DNA of 63,502 nucleotides, counting the filler, from Atractiella rhizophila (lineage: Eukaryota), in the NCBI GenBank assembly GCA_021432655.1. It is 3 parts of 3 records of this genome, joined end to end, with 100 filler letters (N's around TTAATTAATTAA, not from the genome) between each part and the next. Parts side by side here need not be neighbours in the genome. Positions count along the whole stretch, not along the records: positions 1 to 24,964 come from MU271782.1; 2 more parts are not named here. One strand, 5' to 3'. The first letter of the stretch is position 1; each line of letters starts with the position of its first letter. The translations under genes and the position numbers were made by a program. Positions 10,838 to 24,900 of the stretch are shown one piece after another. The notes under the pieces were generated by a model. It was not told the origin of the DNA. It saw only the letters and a list, made by a program, of their open reading frames with translations, and did not search any database.

Positions 10838-11511
10838 TTATCTTGACCGTCTTTGTAATGAACCAACGTGTAGTCCACCTGCACCGTTCTGTGAGCAAGA
10901 GTTCTTCAAGTATTGTGACCTGACCTCATTCAATTCAGCGTATAAATCTGTGAGAGAGTCCAGGCTTGTTAAGCGGAACGCATCATCTTTTTGATAGTCT
11001 TCCGATTGATTTTCGAGGTACTCTATCGCTGTGTGAAAAGCCGAGAATGTTTTGCCTAAGTAACGGATCAATTGTGGTGGTAAGTTGGGAAGTGGGTCGC
11101 AAGCGAGAGCCCCAGAAAGTAGCGTCTTGGACATGGAGGGTTTCCATTCTACCGACTTCATGTGATACTCCTTGGCGAGTAGAACAGTGAGAAGACGGGT
11201 GATATCCGATTGTTCAGTTTCGGAAAGACATGACCAAGCAACCTTAAAAAGTGCGATCCAGACTTCATGAGAAGTCGCCTCATCTGCGTGGAGCAATCGA
11301 CGAGCTGATGTAATGACCTCCCCCATGCGGTACGAAGCCAGGGTTTCCAGGAATTCGGAGTTGGATCCCTCAGTGCGGCAAAACAATTGGCCGTCGTCGT
11401 CGATAGCTCCCAGTAACAAGTCGGTCGCTTGCCTCAACCAATTCGTGTCCGCCAACGGTTCCCAATTCTGCACGCCAACAATGTACTGCAATCTGGGGAA
11501 CAGGGATCGGG
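10838..11511 (-). other. TRA1: Duplicate of the TRA1 3' end, cut by the gap
   Basis: Matches 18262-18936. Confidence 0.85.
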
Positions 11512-11536
11512 NNNNNNNNNNNNNNNNNNNNNNNNN
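11512..11536. other. Assembly gap (25 N)
   Basis: Run of N between the two 7.4-kb copies. Confidence 1.
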
Positions 11537-14500
11537 CCACCTCTGTTTTGTTTGCTTCACTTCGGAGTTTTAGCCCCCTAGGGGGCAGTTTAGGCGGTCA
11601 TCATCTTTGACCACCAATCTCTGTCCCCTAGATATGTGTTTCCCTATCAATATCATCATCTTTGGCCACCAATCTCTGTCCCCTAGGTATGTGTTTCCCT
11701 ATCAATATCATCATCTTTGACCACCAATCTCTGTCCCCTAGGTATGTGTTTCCCTATCAATATCATCATCTTTGACCACCAACACTTGTCCTCTAGCTCC
11801 ATCCAGCCTCAGATTCCTTCAATCAGGACAGTGTCGCTTGAAGGATCCAGCAGAGGTGGTTGAAAGTGAGTTGCTTGGGGTGTGTTGCCACTGACAGCCT
11901 ACCAGAGGGGGCAAGCTGTCCGAGGGACGGTGAGGAGATGCTGAAATCCGGAGTCGAGGGATTTGGAGGAGACCTAAATGAGTGACTATTATGCTTTCCG
12001 AGTGTTGGCATTGTATGGAAGTCAGGAGTACTGATTGAAGGTGAGTGTGGCTGAAGACAGCAGCACTGTTGTATCAGAGAGAGCATTGTCAAAAAGGAGT
12101 GTTGAAGTGTGTTGGGTACGAAATTGCTTCCAGCTCAAAGTTACACAACCACTTACTCCCCCTTTTATCTCTTTTCTATTTCTACTCCAATACACTCACT
12201 GTTATATTTCTGATTTCTCAGCATTTTGAGCTCTTCAGTTATCTAAACCGTTTAATATTTTATATATCATTTAATAACTTCAACCTCTCTACTCCCCAGT
12301 TATAATGCCCTTCATAACTCCTGACTTTAGCATTGAATGGTAGCATGAATTAGGTTTCCTTCCATGAACTGACTAATGTCCCCTCCTCATACGACAGCCC
12401 AATCGCTCAGTTTATGATCCTGTTCCTAATACGAAGCGTTCTGAGCTCCTCCTCAAGTCTACAGTCCTCTCTCATGATCCTAAACCGAATCCTCCTCCTC
12501 CTTCCTCCCAAGCGGCCATTCTTGTGCCAAAGACATGGTCAGAACTAAAAGGAATCAAGAAAAAAACAGCTCTCCTTTTAATCCTACTCGAGATCATGGC
12601 AGGAGACGCCATCCCCCAGGCTTTCGTAAAGAAGACAAAGAAGGTTGGGGAGTTCCATGACTATATTGCCTTACAGTCAGCTTCAAAAGGATCCTTATAC
12701 AAGGTACTAGGAACTGAGAGGAATAGACGCTGGATGGAGCTAGTTGGTGGTCAAAGATGATAGGATTGATGAGGAAACACATACCTAGGGGACAGGAGTT
12801 GGTGGTCAAAGATGATGACCACCAAGACTGCCCCCTACGGAGAAAAACTACGAAGTGAGTAAACACAGCAAAGGTGGCTGACCACACTAAGACAACACCA
12901 TGAAATTTAACATCTAATCCAACAGGAACGAGGAACCTCCATCATTGCCAATGCCATCATACGAGGAACTGATGGGCTGTGACGACGCTCACTTGAAAGA
13001 TTTCATTGTCAAGGTGCATCTATCATCTCTGTGTCAATGCTTTTCAAAGATTCCAAGGAGAAAGTCTTTTGCCAAAGAGTGGAACCAAGGAGCAACGCTT
13101 AAATCGACTTGTCACCTTCTTAGAGCTCCAGCTGTCACTAAACAGTGAGGGGAGAGAACATGTTTGTCCTCCCTCTGCACATCCTATATAGTAACACTCA
13201 AACTGTTGTCACCAAACAAGCGTACTTGCATTGACTGGGATGCCCATAGCTTAGCTGGATGGAGCTTGCAGAATGGGAGGAAGAGGGCTCAGCTGCTGTT
13301 TTCCCTGACTCATTGAATCAACTGAACAACACTCATTTTATAATCAAGGTCTGTCTTTTATATTCTTCAGTTCAGACTAGTAAGTTAACAAATCATTTAC
13401 TCGAGATGAGGGGCTGGTGACTCATCATGGGCCGGTCCAAATCTGTCGTCCTCAGATCCAGCTAACACTCTTGCCCCAATCCTTTCCGCCAGTCTCCCCA
13501 GTTCAAGGGTAATATCTCCTCCAATATTGTCACAATGTCCGACTACAAATGAAGAATCTCTTCCCCATCACATGGTCATTCCAGTGACAAGTTTGGTCTA
13601 GAATCAGCCTTCTCGCCCTATATCATACACTGCCACATCCACTTCTCCCTCCTTCCCTCCTTCTCCTCCCAGATTCCGCTTGAACGAACCGGGACCTCTC
13701 TGAATGCCTCCTGGTGGCACTCTACGGAATCAATTAGCTCATGGCGGAGTGGAGCCGTGGAGAAGTGGTATCTGTGAGGATCTAAGGCTAGGAGTAGTTG
13801 GTGGTCAATAATGAGCACCAACACTCCTAGGCAAAACTAAACTATGTAGTGATGAGTCATAAGAGGCAGATGACCAAAACAACACGCTACAACTAACAGT
13901 ATCTGGCAGCACAGGAGCGTAGAGAGTATAATTCCAGCCGTGGCATCTTCGAAAAGCGAAAGTGAGTGCAGCCTGAGTCTGCATACTCCCCCTCGGACAA
14001 ACAGTTCTACAACTATTATACTTAAGTACCAGGAAGTATGAACCCTTTGGACGATGAGACCTGTACATCTGTAGGAGAGCTGAATTGGCGGAATTGTAGT
14101 GTGAAGGAGAAATTGGGTGAGAAATGGCTGGATGAAATCATTGAGCAGTGTCATCAGGATTTTTGGGTACTTGGGATTCATCTGTCTGAGGAGCAGATGG
14201 AAGGAAAAGTGGATTGAGATTAAAGAGCAGGTAAACAACTACTTAGGCCTTGGAAGCAGCTTCACAGCAGCGGAGAGAGATTTCTTCATTGATCAGCAAT
14301 GTAGATTTCTCATTGGCGAATCAGATGTACATTGTTATGAGGTTACATTGGGGAGCATGTGATGAAGGTGGAGAGGGAAGAAAGGCAAAGAAGGTTGTAG
14401 AAGGCAGAAAATTAAAGGGTCTGATAGGTGGGTGTTCTAGAAATCTGAGACCTAATATGACATAGGATAGATTAAGCATTATTTGTTGTAATTCATTCAT

Positions 14501-17500
14501 GTTGATTAAGACACAATCAAATGTCTAAAGTATCAAATTATCGAAACATCCACCGTTGTATGCTGTTTTGTTTCCCTTTAGACGTTATCCTCATCCCTTT
14601 GTCCACCCTCTTCCCAGCACCTCCAACATGATGCAACGGTGTATATATTGTTACAAATTGCCTCATATCTCATGAGGCACACATTGGAAAGCAAATAGCA
14701 TTGCTTTGTTGTTTAACTTGCTTCCTTATTATGAGTTTTTGCTGTTCAGAGCCAAACAAGATATAAGATATAGATATGTAGGATCAACCCTCTAACATTT
14801 GTTGATCAAAATCAAGTGGTAAGGCTGCACACCAACCATAATGCCATTCCGACCTTGCTGTGTGCCATTGAAGAAAGACTATTCCTTGCAGCTTCATTGC
14901 ATTCTTTTTTTGATATGGTGACTAACAATCTCATTCTGGTGAAAGGAGGCGACAAATTAGTGTAGCAGACTGAGACACAGAGTTGATATTGGTGAGGGCT
15001 GACTCTTTACAGTATAATCACTACTGCTTCCGATCACAGGGTCCGCATTTTCAAGTTGTAGGGGACTCAGCTCAATCACATGACTTATAACTGCCCGAAG
15101 GTAGGTACAACTTCTCTTCCGAGTTCAGCATGAGTCAAGGTGGAGCTGCAGATGTTAGAGTTTAGGATTATTGGACCCAACGGCCCGTCCGGAGCGGGCG
15201 TCAGAGATAAAGCTGACTTCAATTATTTGCTTCCGCTCAAGAGACGCTGCGGTTGCTGTGCAGGTGTCTCTTTGAAGAAATAAGTACATTTTGTTAGTTG
15301 TAGTGTGTTGTGTTGGTCATCTCTTATGACTCTTATGAGTCATCACTATGTCTGTAGTTTAGTTCTGCTTAGGAGTGTTGGTGCTCATTATTGACCTCCA
15401 ACTACTCCTAGGTTTGTCTCTCTAGACTTCTCTAATGTCTGACTTAGGACACTGACACTTGACATTAGTAGCTGTAGGTAAAAGCGGCTCTGGAAATTGT
15501 CGGTACCACTGTGAATACACAGTATTGGGGCAAGGTGCTGTAATGTTGCCAAGCCTCCCCTTGTTTCTCGCAATCTTTCCAATGCACATGAGATCTGTGG
15601 CCTTCGGTATGAGATACCATTCTGCTGAAATTATAGAGGCATAGTGTTCACATTGTGAGCTTTCACTGGGCATCATTCATCGAACAGAGTCCACACTGTT
15701 CCTGTGCCATTCCTCGCAGGTTTGTATGTAAAAAGCTTCTCCTTACCAGAAAAAAGATATCCATCCAGATCAGACTTATTATAAAGCTGTCAGCACAGGG
15801 TGACCAGGTACCTTAACTAGAGCAAACTAGCTCTAGCAACCTTATTAATAGACATGTCTGAATACTCTCAACTGAGGTGGGGATAGAACAACATGACCTT
15901 CATTAACACATCTTCTCCTCCAAGAGAAAGTAATTACATAAAACTGTTCGCAGTTTTGAATTAGGTCATGTGATGACTTGTGATATCGATCGTATGCCGT
16001 CGAAAACAGAGGTGCCGTTGATGGGGATATATTGTCTTGTGATCAACTTGATGGCTTCCTGAGCTGCCAGTCCACCCAACAAAGCCGCTATTTGAGGAAG
16101 CTCACAATGTTCGCTCCGGCAGCTAAAACGTGATCAGTCTCGAACACAACAGTCAGCAATCCTACATTTCTGATATGAACTCATCGGTGGAGGTCTGCTC
16201 CAAGTGCAACAACTTGATAGAAAGAGCCTTTAGCTCTGCCTTATCCTCCTCGACGACGGAGCTGGGGTATCTTCCTCTGGCAACATTGAAATCATTGACG
16301 ACTCGAAAGGCAGCGTATAAACCAGAAAGGTCATCGGAAGCTTAATTCGTTTGAGAAAAAGAACCGGAGAGGCATAAAGGACTTACTGATCGACTTGAGA
16401 CTTTGCTCTTCATGAGTCAGACTGTCCGTTCGAAGGACAAAAAGAAACCGTGAGTGCTTTACGAAGGTCCGGAGGACGTCAACGTCGACAGAAGCGTCCA
16501 CTCCAGTGGACCTGGAAACGCGCTCAAAGTGCTTGCGAAAGCTTTGAAATTCAATCTCGGATTGATCCCTATAAACCTTCTGAAGATCGACAAAGACTTT
16601 CGTTTCGGCCTTCATATCTGGAACGGAGCCATGCAATGGCAACCTCCCACCACCACCGTCGTCTGCAACGGGAGAACGAACAAAATCGCGCAGGGCACGA
16701 AGCATGGTCCAGAATAGCGTCGACTGTCTCACTTTCAGCGTTGCGCTTAAAGGGCACACTGTGGCGTACCTGTTTTGTCAGATTCTCACACTTTTCGTCC
16801 TGGAACAATTGTTCAATGTTGCTTGGTACCTTGTTGAGTTGTTAGTAGTTTGGTGATCATCAGGCAGATCTTGCCTGAGTGGGGGTGCAAGCTTTGAAGA
16901 TAGCCTTTACAGCTTCATCAAAGTTCTCTTCGTCGTTGCCACGCTTCTGCTTCAGGATTGATGCTTTGAGCTCGTTTCGTTCCTTGAAATCCTTTGGTAG
17001 TTCGCCATTGTGCTGTTTTTCTTTGAGCGTCAGACGTATAAAAAAATGTCAAACGCACGGAGCTTCTCCATCGTTCCAGTTCATTTACAAGGATGGCAAC
17101 ATATGGGATATGGGCATGCTCCATGCTGTCCATAGACTGGGAACCATAGGCTTTGCAGAAGTCAATGAGAGAGGGAAATGGTGAATCCAATCGGAGGTCC
17201 TCATAACTATCGGGATGCGTCTCAATGACTATGTGGAGTACTTGAGCATAAATTTGGGGAATGAAGAGATCTCACAGCATAACTCTCGAGCCTGGACGCG
17301 CAAAGCGGAATAAAACCCATGCGATTGAAGGACGACTAAAGGAACATCCAGATTCCAGCAAATATCCGCCAATTTCAAGGCAAACTTATGGTCGTCATCG
17401 ACCAGAATAACCAGGCTAAAGGAACTGAGGAAGGATTCATCTGTCACCGTTGATAGCTCCTGCACAGTGAGAGATTGGCGGGTCACGCTCAGACAGCGTT

Positions 17501-18936
17501 ATTCGCGGCTCACCTGACAAACTGCCTTGCTTCTAACACTCGGATTCAACTCAGATATAAGTCGCGCAACTTCCTCAGCGCGAGGTCTGCCTAAGCTTTC
17601 TTTCGACAAGAAAAAATTGGATCCAATGTCGGATTCATGGACGATGTTGGGATCAATCACCGTGAAGCTTCCCACACCTGTTCATGGATGTCACAGATAG
17701 TAAGAAGGAAGTTATTAATGCATAGAATGGTGGTCACCTGGGAGTACTAAGTTTTTCAATGTGGATGCAGCGGCGGCTGTCGCGTTGATAACAAGAATAT
17801 CAGCGTTTTCGAGAGCTGATTGACCACTCGCCGCCCATAATCGAAGCTGGCGATCATATTTCTGTCCATGAAGATCAGGTCTTGACGACATCGTGGACAA
17901 TATGACTTGTAATGAACGCAAACGCATGATTACGTAAACAGTCATTCACGCTGAGCCAGGGTTCAAGCACCCTGGCCATGAGCAATAATCATGTTAAAAT
18001 ATTCATGGAGAAAGGGTTTTCGTTTCGCAAAGGTTGCTCAAGAAGGTATAATCACTCTGCCTACTACATACAGTAACGCTAATGGATATTGCGACATGTT
18101 TTAACAGTGAGAAGACAAGAACAAAAAAACGAAGCTGGCGGTTGCAGGGCAGTATGCTACGAGAAACAAGTATTAGTGTACCACGGTCAATGGTGTTTGT
18201 TGAGGGATAAAGAATCACCGTATTAAGACGATTTCATATTTATGGTCAACATCATCCCCCCTTATCTTGACCGTCTTTGTAATGACCCCAACGTGTAGTC
18301 CACCTGCACCGTTCGGTGAGCAAGAGTTCTTCAAGTATTGTGACCTGACCTCATTCAATTCAGCGTATAAATCTGTGAGAGAGTCCAGGCTTGTTAAGCG
18401 GAACGCATCATCTTTTTGATAGTCTTCCGATTGATTTTCGAGGTACTCTATCGCTGTGTGAAAAGCCGAGAATGTTTTGCCTAAGTAACGGATCAATTGT
18501 GGTGGTAAGTTGGGAAGTGGGTCGCAAGCGAGAGCCCCAGAAAGTAGCGTCTTGGACATGGAGGGTTTCCATTCTACCGACTTCATGTGATACTCCTTGG
18601 CGAGTAGAACAGTGAGAAGACGGGTGATATCCGATTGTTCAGTTTCGGAAAGACATGACCAAGCAACCTTAAAAAGTGCGATCCAGACTTCATGAGAAGT
18701 CGCCTCATCTGCGTGGAGCAATCGACGAGCTGATGTAATGACCTCCCCCATGCGGTACGAAGCCAGGGTTTCCAGGAATTCGGAGTTGGATCCCGCAGTG
18801 CGGCAAAACAATTGGCCGTCGTCGTCGATAGCTCCCAGTAACAAGTCGGTCGCTTGCCTCAACCAATTCGTGTCCGCCAACGGTTCCCAATTCTGCACGC
18901 CAACAATGTACTGCAATCTGGGGAACAGGGATCGGG
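11537..18936 (+). repeat. 7.4-kb direct repeat, copy 2. Includes partial LTR B 11537-11821, solo LTR B 12715-12924, solo LTR A 13773-13898, hAT relic ~14117-14400 and truncated LTR A 15292-15411
   Basis: Direct comparison with 4122-11511. The same TSDs (GGAAC, GTATC) are present. Confidence 0.97.
15966..17891 (-). CDS. ULA1: NEDD8-activating enzyme E1 regulatory subunit (Ula1/NAE1/APP-BP1), multi-exon, apparently intact
   Basis: [100 protein letters not shown]. Confidence 0.95.
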
Positions 18937-21900
18937 AAACGCTTCGGTCGAAGACTTCAATGAAGCTGTTACGAATGCTGTGTTCGCGGAAGCGGCATCC
19001 AACGAGAAAGGCTGGTTCCAACCTCACCGTCAGCTCAGTCCTGTAGAACTGTGGGGACTGATAAATTTCAAGAATGAGTGTCAAGTAATCCTGGATGAGA
19101 GACTTGTCCTCTCGTTTTTCGAGAACGCACATTCGAGCGATGACTCCGGCTTTCTCCTTTAATGTGGGATACTGAACAGTCGTGTTAAAAATCCAATTGC
19201 GCACTAGCTGGAGGAGATAATGGCAAAGCTCTGAGCTTGGGCTCCGTTCAGTCAATTGTACGATGACAGTAAAAATATGTTTGCGATGTTCACCCAACAT
19301 GTTTACCCTGGAGCTGAGCAAATCTATTGCGGAGATCAAGACCTTGAGGTGAAGGTGGCCATGTAGGTGTGGTGCTTGTGGCGGCCTGATGTGATCTCGC
19401 ACCAACCGCATTAGCGCGTTTGTGGCCAGAAGGGGAAGGAATTGTTCCACCTCGTCCGGGAAAGACCGACACCAAGCCTGGAGGAGAACCATTGTCGCGG
19501 GAAGATTGTCTGGACTTTTCAAACCATCTAGAATTGTTGTTTGTGCCCAATTTAGAAAGATTTGAACATCCTGGCGTCGTGCTTCCTCATTTTTGGGTAA
19601 GACCGCAAAGAGCCGATCAACGACTACTTTCTGGGCAGCATGGAGACTGAAGTCCGGAGTCTGCAGGATTTTCTCAACCATCTTCTGGTGGGTAGAGAGG
19701 GTTGACAGGACCCACGAGTCCGACTTGCACGAAATAACAACATTGAGAACATCTGCAGAAGCGCTCAGAATGGGCAAAGTTTGGTGATTAGGAGCTGGGT
19801 AGGTGTGATAAATCTTTTGAAAGATGTTAAGCTTGATTGTGATGTCGCACCATAAACTCTCCCCCATGAGTTCTTTAAGCAGGCGTAGAGCACGAGGAAC
19901 CATCTGTTTCCGGGACAACTGATCTGGCGCAGAGGCGGCGAATCTAATCAAGGTATTGACGATCTGCTCTTTCAGGTTCGTAGGGACTGAGTACAGATAA
20001 GCTGCATTCCCGGCGACTGTCTGAATATCCTGTGTGACCGAGTTTTCGCGCAGAAAATCTACCCGTTTCTTCTCCCACTGTAGGATGACTTCTACCAGAT
20101 CAAGAGCTAGGGACCTATTTTCGAAATTCGTCGTCGACGGCATGAGAAACAGCTTGCTGATGGCCAAAGCGACGTGAGTCACCAATAGATCGCGGTAAGG
20201 GAATAGCATGTCATGGAAGCGTTTGATAACTTCGAGGATATTCAACGCTTGAGATATATTGCCAATCTCCTCGACCAACTTCCTGCGAACGACTCTTACC
20301 CAATAGGGGTGAGGTGACGTGCCTTCAACATTTCCCAGACGCCGCGGTAAAGCTGGGAAGAGGTTGTCTTGAGCCTTTTGCACTAGCGCCCTGTTTTCAG
20401 GTTGATACGGCAGCAAGAGCGCTTGCAGTATCTGATTGACAATTTTACTAGGTGACTCAAATGCGTTGAGGAATCGGGTGATGAGGACATGGGACACTTG
20501 TTTCACAGTAACATCGTGAACCTTGATGTTGACCCAACCGAACTTGATCGTGTCCTTCCTCATCTCGCCCATATATCGATGATAGTGCTCAATGAGTAGG
20601 GTCGTGCTATGCAAAAGCTCGATGCGTAGACCTTCATCTGGCAAATCGGTTTCACCATTCCGATCCACCAAGAAAGGCTTCCACACTTTACTGTGAAAGC
20701 TGTGGATTAGCGAGACGTCGACCAGATTTTCAACACCTTGTCCTCGTGCGCATGAAACCAATAAGATAGGATTCACCAGATAGCGAAGTATGGCGCATTT
20801 GTGGGAATCGGGAACGTTGTCATTCCAGAAAAGTCTGTCAAGAAAGCGGTCTAAGACTTTCCTCTTCATCGTGACATCTGAAGACCGTGCAACCTGATCC
20901 GTCAAAAAGCGGACCAGGTATGAGAAATCGTAGGGGAGATGCATGGTAAAAACTCGGGCCAAGTGAAAGAGGACATCAATGTGATGGGGGTCTGTATGGA
21001 TGCGAAGGAGATCTGAGTCGTAGACGTTGCCTGACTGAAAATACTTCATGAAAAGACTGATAGCTACAATGTCTTCTCTAAGTTGCTGCGACTGCGCGAC
21101 TCCTGTAGCGGCTAGTCGTTCCTGTCTGAAAGGAGAGACCCAACGGTTGACAACGCATTGATATGCATCAGGTGAGTTGACAAAGAAACGAACATCTGCC
21201 TCCACCAAAACCTCCAACATCCAATACGCGTGTAGAACAACGTCATCTATTCCGTTGATGAGGCGAGGCAACAGATTGGGCAGATTGTCCACGACGTGTT
21301 GGCGGAGTTCCCCCGAGCATTTGCATTGCAATACATTGCGAAAAGTCAAAGCGTGCCTCTCTTTATCCATGCGTTCAACGAAAAAGTTGGTTGCTTCCAT
21401 AGGATATCGGTTAAGGTATTTGGCCAACGGCTCTGTCAAGGGGCTGGCAGTGGTTTTTTTCAGGACTTTCTCCACTTCGATGGTCAAATGAAGCAAATCC
21501 AACATAAAACAACCAGCTCCAGGATGAGGAAGTAAATGAAAGACGTTAATGATGCCGGCCATAACCTTCACGCTACTGTTCTCGTTGCTGGGATTCAGTG
21601 CAGATTCCAGTACGGTGTTCACATCAGCGAGCTGACGATAATGGTCCAGCAATTTCTGCCCAATCTCTACCTTGAAATAGTTGTTCAAAAGCTCTAACAG
21701 CCGGGCGAGACCATGTAAACTGTTAACGTCGAGCCGTTTGTAATCGGATAAGTTGGTGAGAACGGGGCGTAAGGCGTTTTGTAGAAGATCTTTGGGCAGT
21801 TTTCCAGATTGAAGCAATAGCTCTTTCAAACTAGCATAACAAACGTCGACTACAGCGGATGATCGAGAATATAGGAGCTTGAAGTAGGCACTGAGAATTC

Positions 21901-24900
21901 TCATCCTCGTCGCGACTTGCTTGGCTGCAAAAAAATCTGGTATGGACATGACGGCAGTTAGGAGTTTCACACAGACGATTCGGAGTTGGGTCAGCGAAGC
22001 GGCTGTCTTTTGAAACGGCGACGACTTCCCGATGAGAGCGCTGTCATCAGCATCCGCAATACCCAACGCTTCTGTAACCACTCTGTGTAGCTCATCCGTG
22101 GGTTCAATGAGCGGGGGACGTAAATTTATGGCGTAGGTGATAGCATCGATGTGTCCAATCTGCATCGGGAAAGCGAGTGCTCTGAGAGGCTTCTTGTAAA
22201 TCGGGTGAAGAAGTCTTTCCTTTACAGGTAGCAGGAGTTCTGTGACGGTACCCCCTGTCCCTTCGGCAAGGATCTCAAAGGCTTTCTGTGTCGTGGCCCT
22301 GACAGCAGCGATCTGACTGGATAACTCGACAATGAGTAGGCTGGCAAGAAAATTCTGCTTTTTGGTGTCTACGTCGCTGCTGGATCTGGGGAGATTGCAC
22401 ATAGAGATAATCTTGAGCAGGACATCCGCTACATCGTCGACGTTTCTTGGTGGATCGGCCGGCATATCCTTTAGAGCGAAGACCAAGGCACGAACAAAAA
22501 CCAGTTCGTGGTCAATGTACCAATCCTTGCCAAGGCTAAGTTTGTTTACAAGAACGGAAATCCCAGCCGCGCCAGCCGTTTTTCGAGACCACGCTTGATT
22601 GTAGCAGAGTGAACTGAGACCTTGGGCGAATTGATGCAAAATTGCTGTAGTCCAGTCAGCAGGTCGCTTTCCGTCCGCTCCGCCGCCTTTTACAAGAACC
22701 TCTTCAACCAGACGTTGGAGATGAGCACATCCGCGCTTCAAATTGTCAGCTTCAGCACAAGCCAAGCCTTCAATCACTGCCTCCACGATGCTCATCGACA
22801 GTGCATGAAACCCATGCATAAGAGCACCGGTTGTGGACCATTTTGGAGTGTCCGCCAGCTGGAGTTCAATCTCGAATATATGCATCGAGAGATTGATGAT
22901 GTAGTCGGACGCCTCGTGCTCCGTCTCTGGAATAAGCGACGCCTCAAAGAGACCTTTAACGACTTTCCCGAATACCGTAAGCGGTTGAGACATTTGCATG
23001 TGATCCTTATAGAAACGGTCACAAATGTTACAAGGCTTTGTGGAACACTCACCTTATTCAGGAACAGAACTGCAATCCTTTTGAGAAACTGTAAAGCATG
23101 CAGACGGAAATAAGGGTCCGGCTTAGAGATGACATCGGTGGCAAGTTCAACCAGTGCCGTAATCTGCAAGGTCCGTTCTTTTCCTTCGAATTTAACAGGT
23201 AGTGTTGCTTCTTCATCAGGTTCTTTGTATTCGAGCGCCGGTGGGCCAAGGATCTTTCTATTTCTGCCTCCTATCTTGCCTAGAATCCGAAATGTCGTGA
23301 TGGAGTGGTTGGGGTAGGCAGTAGGATTTGGTTTCAGGAGTTTCCAGAGAGAAGACATAATATCATGCATAACTGGAGCGATAAGCGGACCGAGGAACTC
23401 TTGCGTCAAATTGTCAACGCAGAGGTCGAGGGTGCGCAAGCCCTGCGTGATGAGTTCCGGAGGACCCTTGAGCGAATGAACCAGAGGTTTCATCAGCCAA
23501 GAAAGATAAGGCAAAAGGACGTTCAGTCGAACTGGTACGGTGAGGGCAAGTTCAGCAAATAGGTCACTTTTCGGCTTCTCCGAAGTCAGCAGTAGGTTGT
23601 TAAGAGTCTCTAGAAGCGTTTGCAGCATGGGCAAAACCTCTCGATAGAGGCTTTCGAACTTGCCCCCACCAATACTTCGAAAAAGTGAGCGTAAAAGCAT
23701 GTAATATGGTGTCGAATCTGAAGAGCGACTTGCACATTTGAGAGATGTCATGATGATTTCGTTGAGGTAAGGCTGCAGGACTGCTTCGTTCATTTCGGGG
23801 AAGACCGTGACCGACATGAAAGACATTTTGTAAAATTTGATGAGGAGATCAACCTCATCTCTAGGTCTCGACGCCAACCCTTCAAGATTCTTTAAGAGAT
23901 GGCGATAGATGATACCTAGTAGAATCGGAGAGACCTGAAGGTTTGACAGTAGATGTTGTGGAATCGAAACGAGCTCTGGATGGACAATCATCTGGGAGAC
24001 CAAGAAATCCATTTGACTTTCAAGAACCTCCTGCATTACCAGTTTCTCGCAAGTGAAGAGGATGACGGATGAAGCTTCAATCAGCTCCCTCATTTTCCTG
24101 CCTTGATCTTCTCGTGGATCCAAGACGGGTAGAAACCGGACAATAGCTTCAAAAAATCTTCCCACTAGCCGACCGTCCGGTGTAGGTAGGGAAAGACTTT
24201 TCTGCGTCATGGCAACTGTCTTGTAACCCAACACGACATTCTTGAAGAGAAAGCGATAATCGTAAAGTACTGACGGGAGACAATTTAGAAAAGGTAGCAC
24301 AGGATGTGGTTGATGCTTACATTTCTGCAAATCGGTTACGGTGTCAACCATCACAGACATACCTCCAACTGGTTTAGCCCTCTCAATATCGATGTCATCC
24401 AATTCGCGTCCCTGTAACTGTGACTTTTCACGGGGTTTTGGATCGTCATGGGAGGTCGAAACTTCAACCATATCGACATCTTCCTCCTGGACTGGCTTAT
24501 CTACATCCATCTCTTCCTGTGGGAACGCTCTCATCTCTCCGACAACGTCCTTGAGGTTCAGCGGATCACCTGTTTCATTTGAGTGAACGAAATCTGGAAC
24601 TGCCACATCTTGATTGAGGTCGCCACTATTGTTTCCCTCTTTCGACCTCCCCTTCCCCCAGGAATTCATCTGATCTTTGACCAAGGACATCCCAACCAGC
24701 TTCTCCACAAAACTCTCTGAAATCCTATCCAACATTTGAGCTACTTCAATTTGCTTTTCTTTGAGTCGTTCTAGGTCAGCGACTTCTGTCGATGGAGGAG
24801 CTTGGTCCTGCTTGGGAGGGATAAGGTGACTTTGAATGGAGTCCATAATATTCATGAGAAGCTTGCAACACATGGTTTGAATTGTAGGCTGAAGCGTGGG

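Larger units (their letters stand above)
4122..11511 (+). repeat. 7.4-kb direct repeat, copy 1 (copy 2 = 11537-18936)
   Basis: Offset starts at 7415. I see no differences over about the first 1.8 kb, then scattered SNPs and indels. The copies abut a 25-N gap. Confidence 0.97.

Noticed and set aside
18215..18349. ORF-track C-terminus of Tra1 (VRSQYLK..IVLIR)
   Set aside because: This is read-through of a GT-AG intron (18304-18349). The spliced peptide matches Tra1 better.
22792..23053. Two overlapping separate genes (705 aa and 1594 aa)
   Set aside because: They are consecutive TRA1 exons separated by an intron near 23007-23053.
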